The notes under the pieces were generated by a model. That model did not search any database, was not told the DNA's origin, and was given only the letters and a program-made list of their open reading frames with translations. From contig JABLTG010000120.1 of NCBI GenBank assembly GCA_016618085.1, forward strand, positions 1 through 64,000: DNA of 64,000 nt, written 5' to 3'. The position numbers were made by a program, and so were the translations under genes. Positions 62,909 to 64,000 of this stretch are shown in pieces (position 1 is the stretch's first letter; the number at the start of each line of letters is the position of its first letter). This stretch comes from Neovahlkampfia damariscottae. Its lineage: Eukaryota.

Positions 62909-63158
62909 TTGAAATTCATGAGGAGAGAAGTGTTCTCTCACTCCTTGATAAGTTGGTTATTAAGTGACATTTGATTGGTGGGTTTTACCCAATCCCGTCA
63001 TGGTAAAACACTGCAACATCGACCACAAGGATATTCTGTCAAATTTTCACCTACTACTAAACTGTGTTTGATTGGCTATGTTTTCTTTTCTCCAACAGAA
63101 TATGATTGGTTATTAAAAAAAAAAAAATCTCCGTGTGATGTTGACAAAACTCATGTTA

Positions 63159-63239
63159 AGCAAGTAAAGTACATTGCCTCTCACCCATTCCTAAGGGAAT
63201 TCTCGCTTCGCTCGTTCGGTTCTATGTACTTTACTTGCT
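63159..63239. repeat. Perfect 16-bp inverted repeat with 49-nt GC-richer spacer
   Basis: AGCAAGTAAAGTACAT (63159-63174) and ATGTACTTTACTTGCT (63224-63239). Confidence 0.9.
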
Positions 63240-63806
63240 AGTGGAGAGAGTTGAGGATTTTGGGAATTTGTTGAAATTATAAATCAGTGCTGTGTAGATT
63301 TTATCAGGATATTTTGCAAATCACTTGACATTTTTGTTTTTTCAAATTTTTTTTTTTCAAGGTTTTTGTTAACCTTCCAATTTTATTCATAATTTTTTTT
63401 TTATTGGTTTATTTTTATTTTTAAGAAAATTTTTTGAAATTTAGAAGGTTAACTAAAAAACTTGAATTATATTTTTGTTTTTTTACCAACCTTCAAATCT
63501 ATTTTAAAGTTTCTTATTATTGATTTGTTTTGAAAAGAATTAAATCTAATACAACAAAGAGTAAAAAATCGACCAATCATAGACTTAGAATTTATAAAAC
63601 TCTCGAGCTTGAAATATAACAAATGTTAGTTTTTGTTAAACTTCTGATTTATTTAAACATTTTTTGTTATTGATTATTTTATTTTACAAGAAATGCTATA
63701 ATTAAAAATTTTAATGAAAAAAAACTGAGAAATGTGATTAATTGGTTTAAAATTCTCCTATTTTGAATCAATAACAATCATTCGTTTTCTTCAAGCAAAA
63801 TAAACA

Positions 63807-63862
63807 ATGCCTCCAAAAAAAAAACCAAAAACTTCAAAAGATGAAGACATTGAATTTTCTAG
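63807..63862 (+). CDS. Probable first exon of a gene running off the window (MPPKKKPKTSKDEDIEFS)
   Basis: ATG after an upstream ATTGG; MPPKKK start like PCYT1; continuation unclear. Confidence 0.4.
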
Positions 63863-64000
63863 GCAAGAACTCGACACTACCGCTATCTTAAAACTGACTT
63901 TTCCGTTCATTCTGATTAATCAGACCAGACATTAAAATCAAGGTTTCTTTCGGGATAGGACCGTCGCCAGCAGTACTGGCAGTTTTTGGATTTCCAATAA

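Noticed and set aside
62918..62957. Resemblance to the U6atac 5' region (AGGAGAGAAG...CACTCC.TTGA.AAG)
   Set aside because: The catalytic AGC triad is absent and the segment folds as a simple GAGAGAA/TTCTCTC hairpin. A cmsearch would be needed to revive it.

Overview
This is gene-dense, very AT-rich nuclear DNA from a microbial eukaryote using the standard genetic code. The compact layout and multi-TM/RGS genes suggest a heterolobosean-type amoeba, but that is inference only. About 45 protein genes are packed with short intergenic gaps, sometimes zero or overlapping, and are split by tiny GT-AG introns of about 26-45 nt, so the ORF track fragments most genes. Recognisable genes include CPSF3, DHX16/Prp2, PCYT1, NTH1, MED9, FIG4, an ABCB half-transporter, a P450, an ALDH3, a GMC oxidoreductase, three inositol 5-phosphatases, two DnaJ proteins and two LRR proteins. 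The most notable observations are: a CCAAT box in either orientation within about 1-60 nt of most start codons; a 7-nt microexon; unusual fusions (FIG4-DEP-DUF547, ubiquitin-like-ALDH3, PhyH-HEAT); a bacterial-defence-type DUF262 gene; a possible PhyH/P450/ALDH lipid-oxidation cluster; and several structured non-coding segments, including an 81-nt element with perfect 16-bp inverted repeats around a GCGAAGC mini-hairpin. I found no rRNA, tRNA, CRISPR array or transposase. All domain calls come from motif recognition by eye, not database searches.
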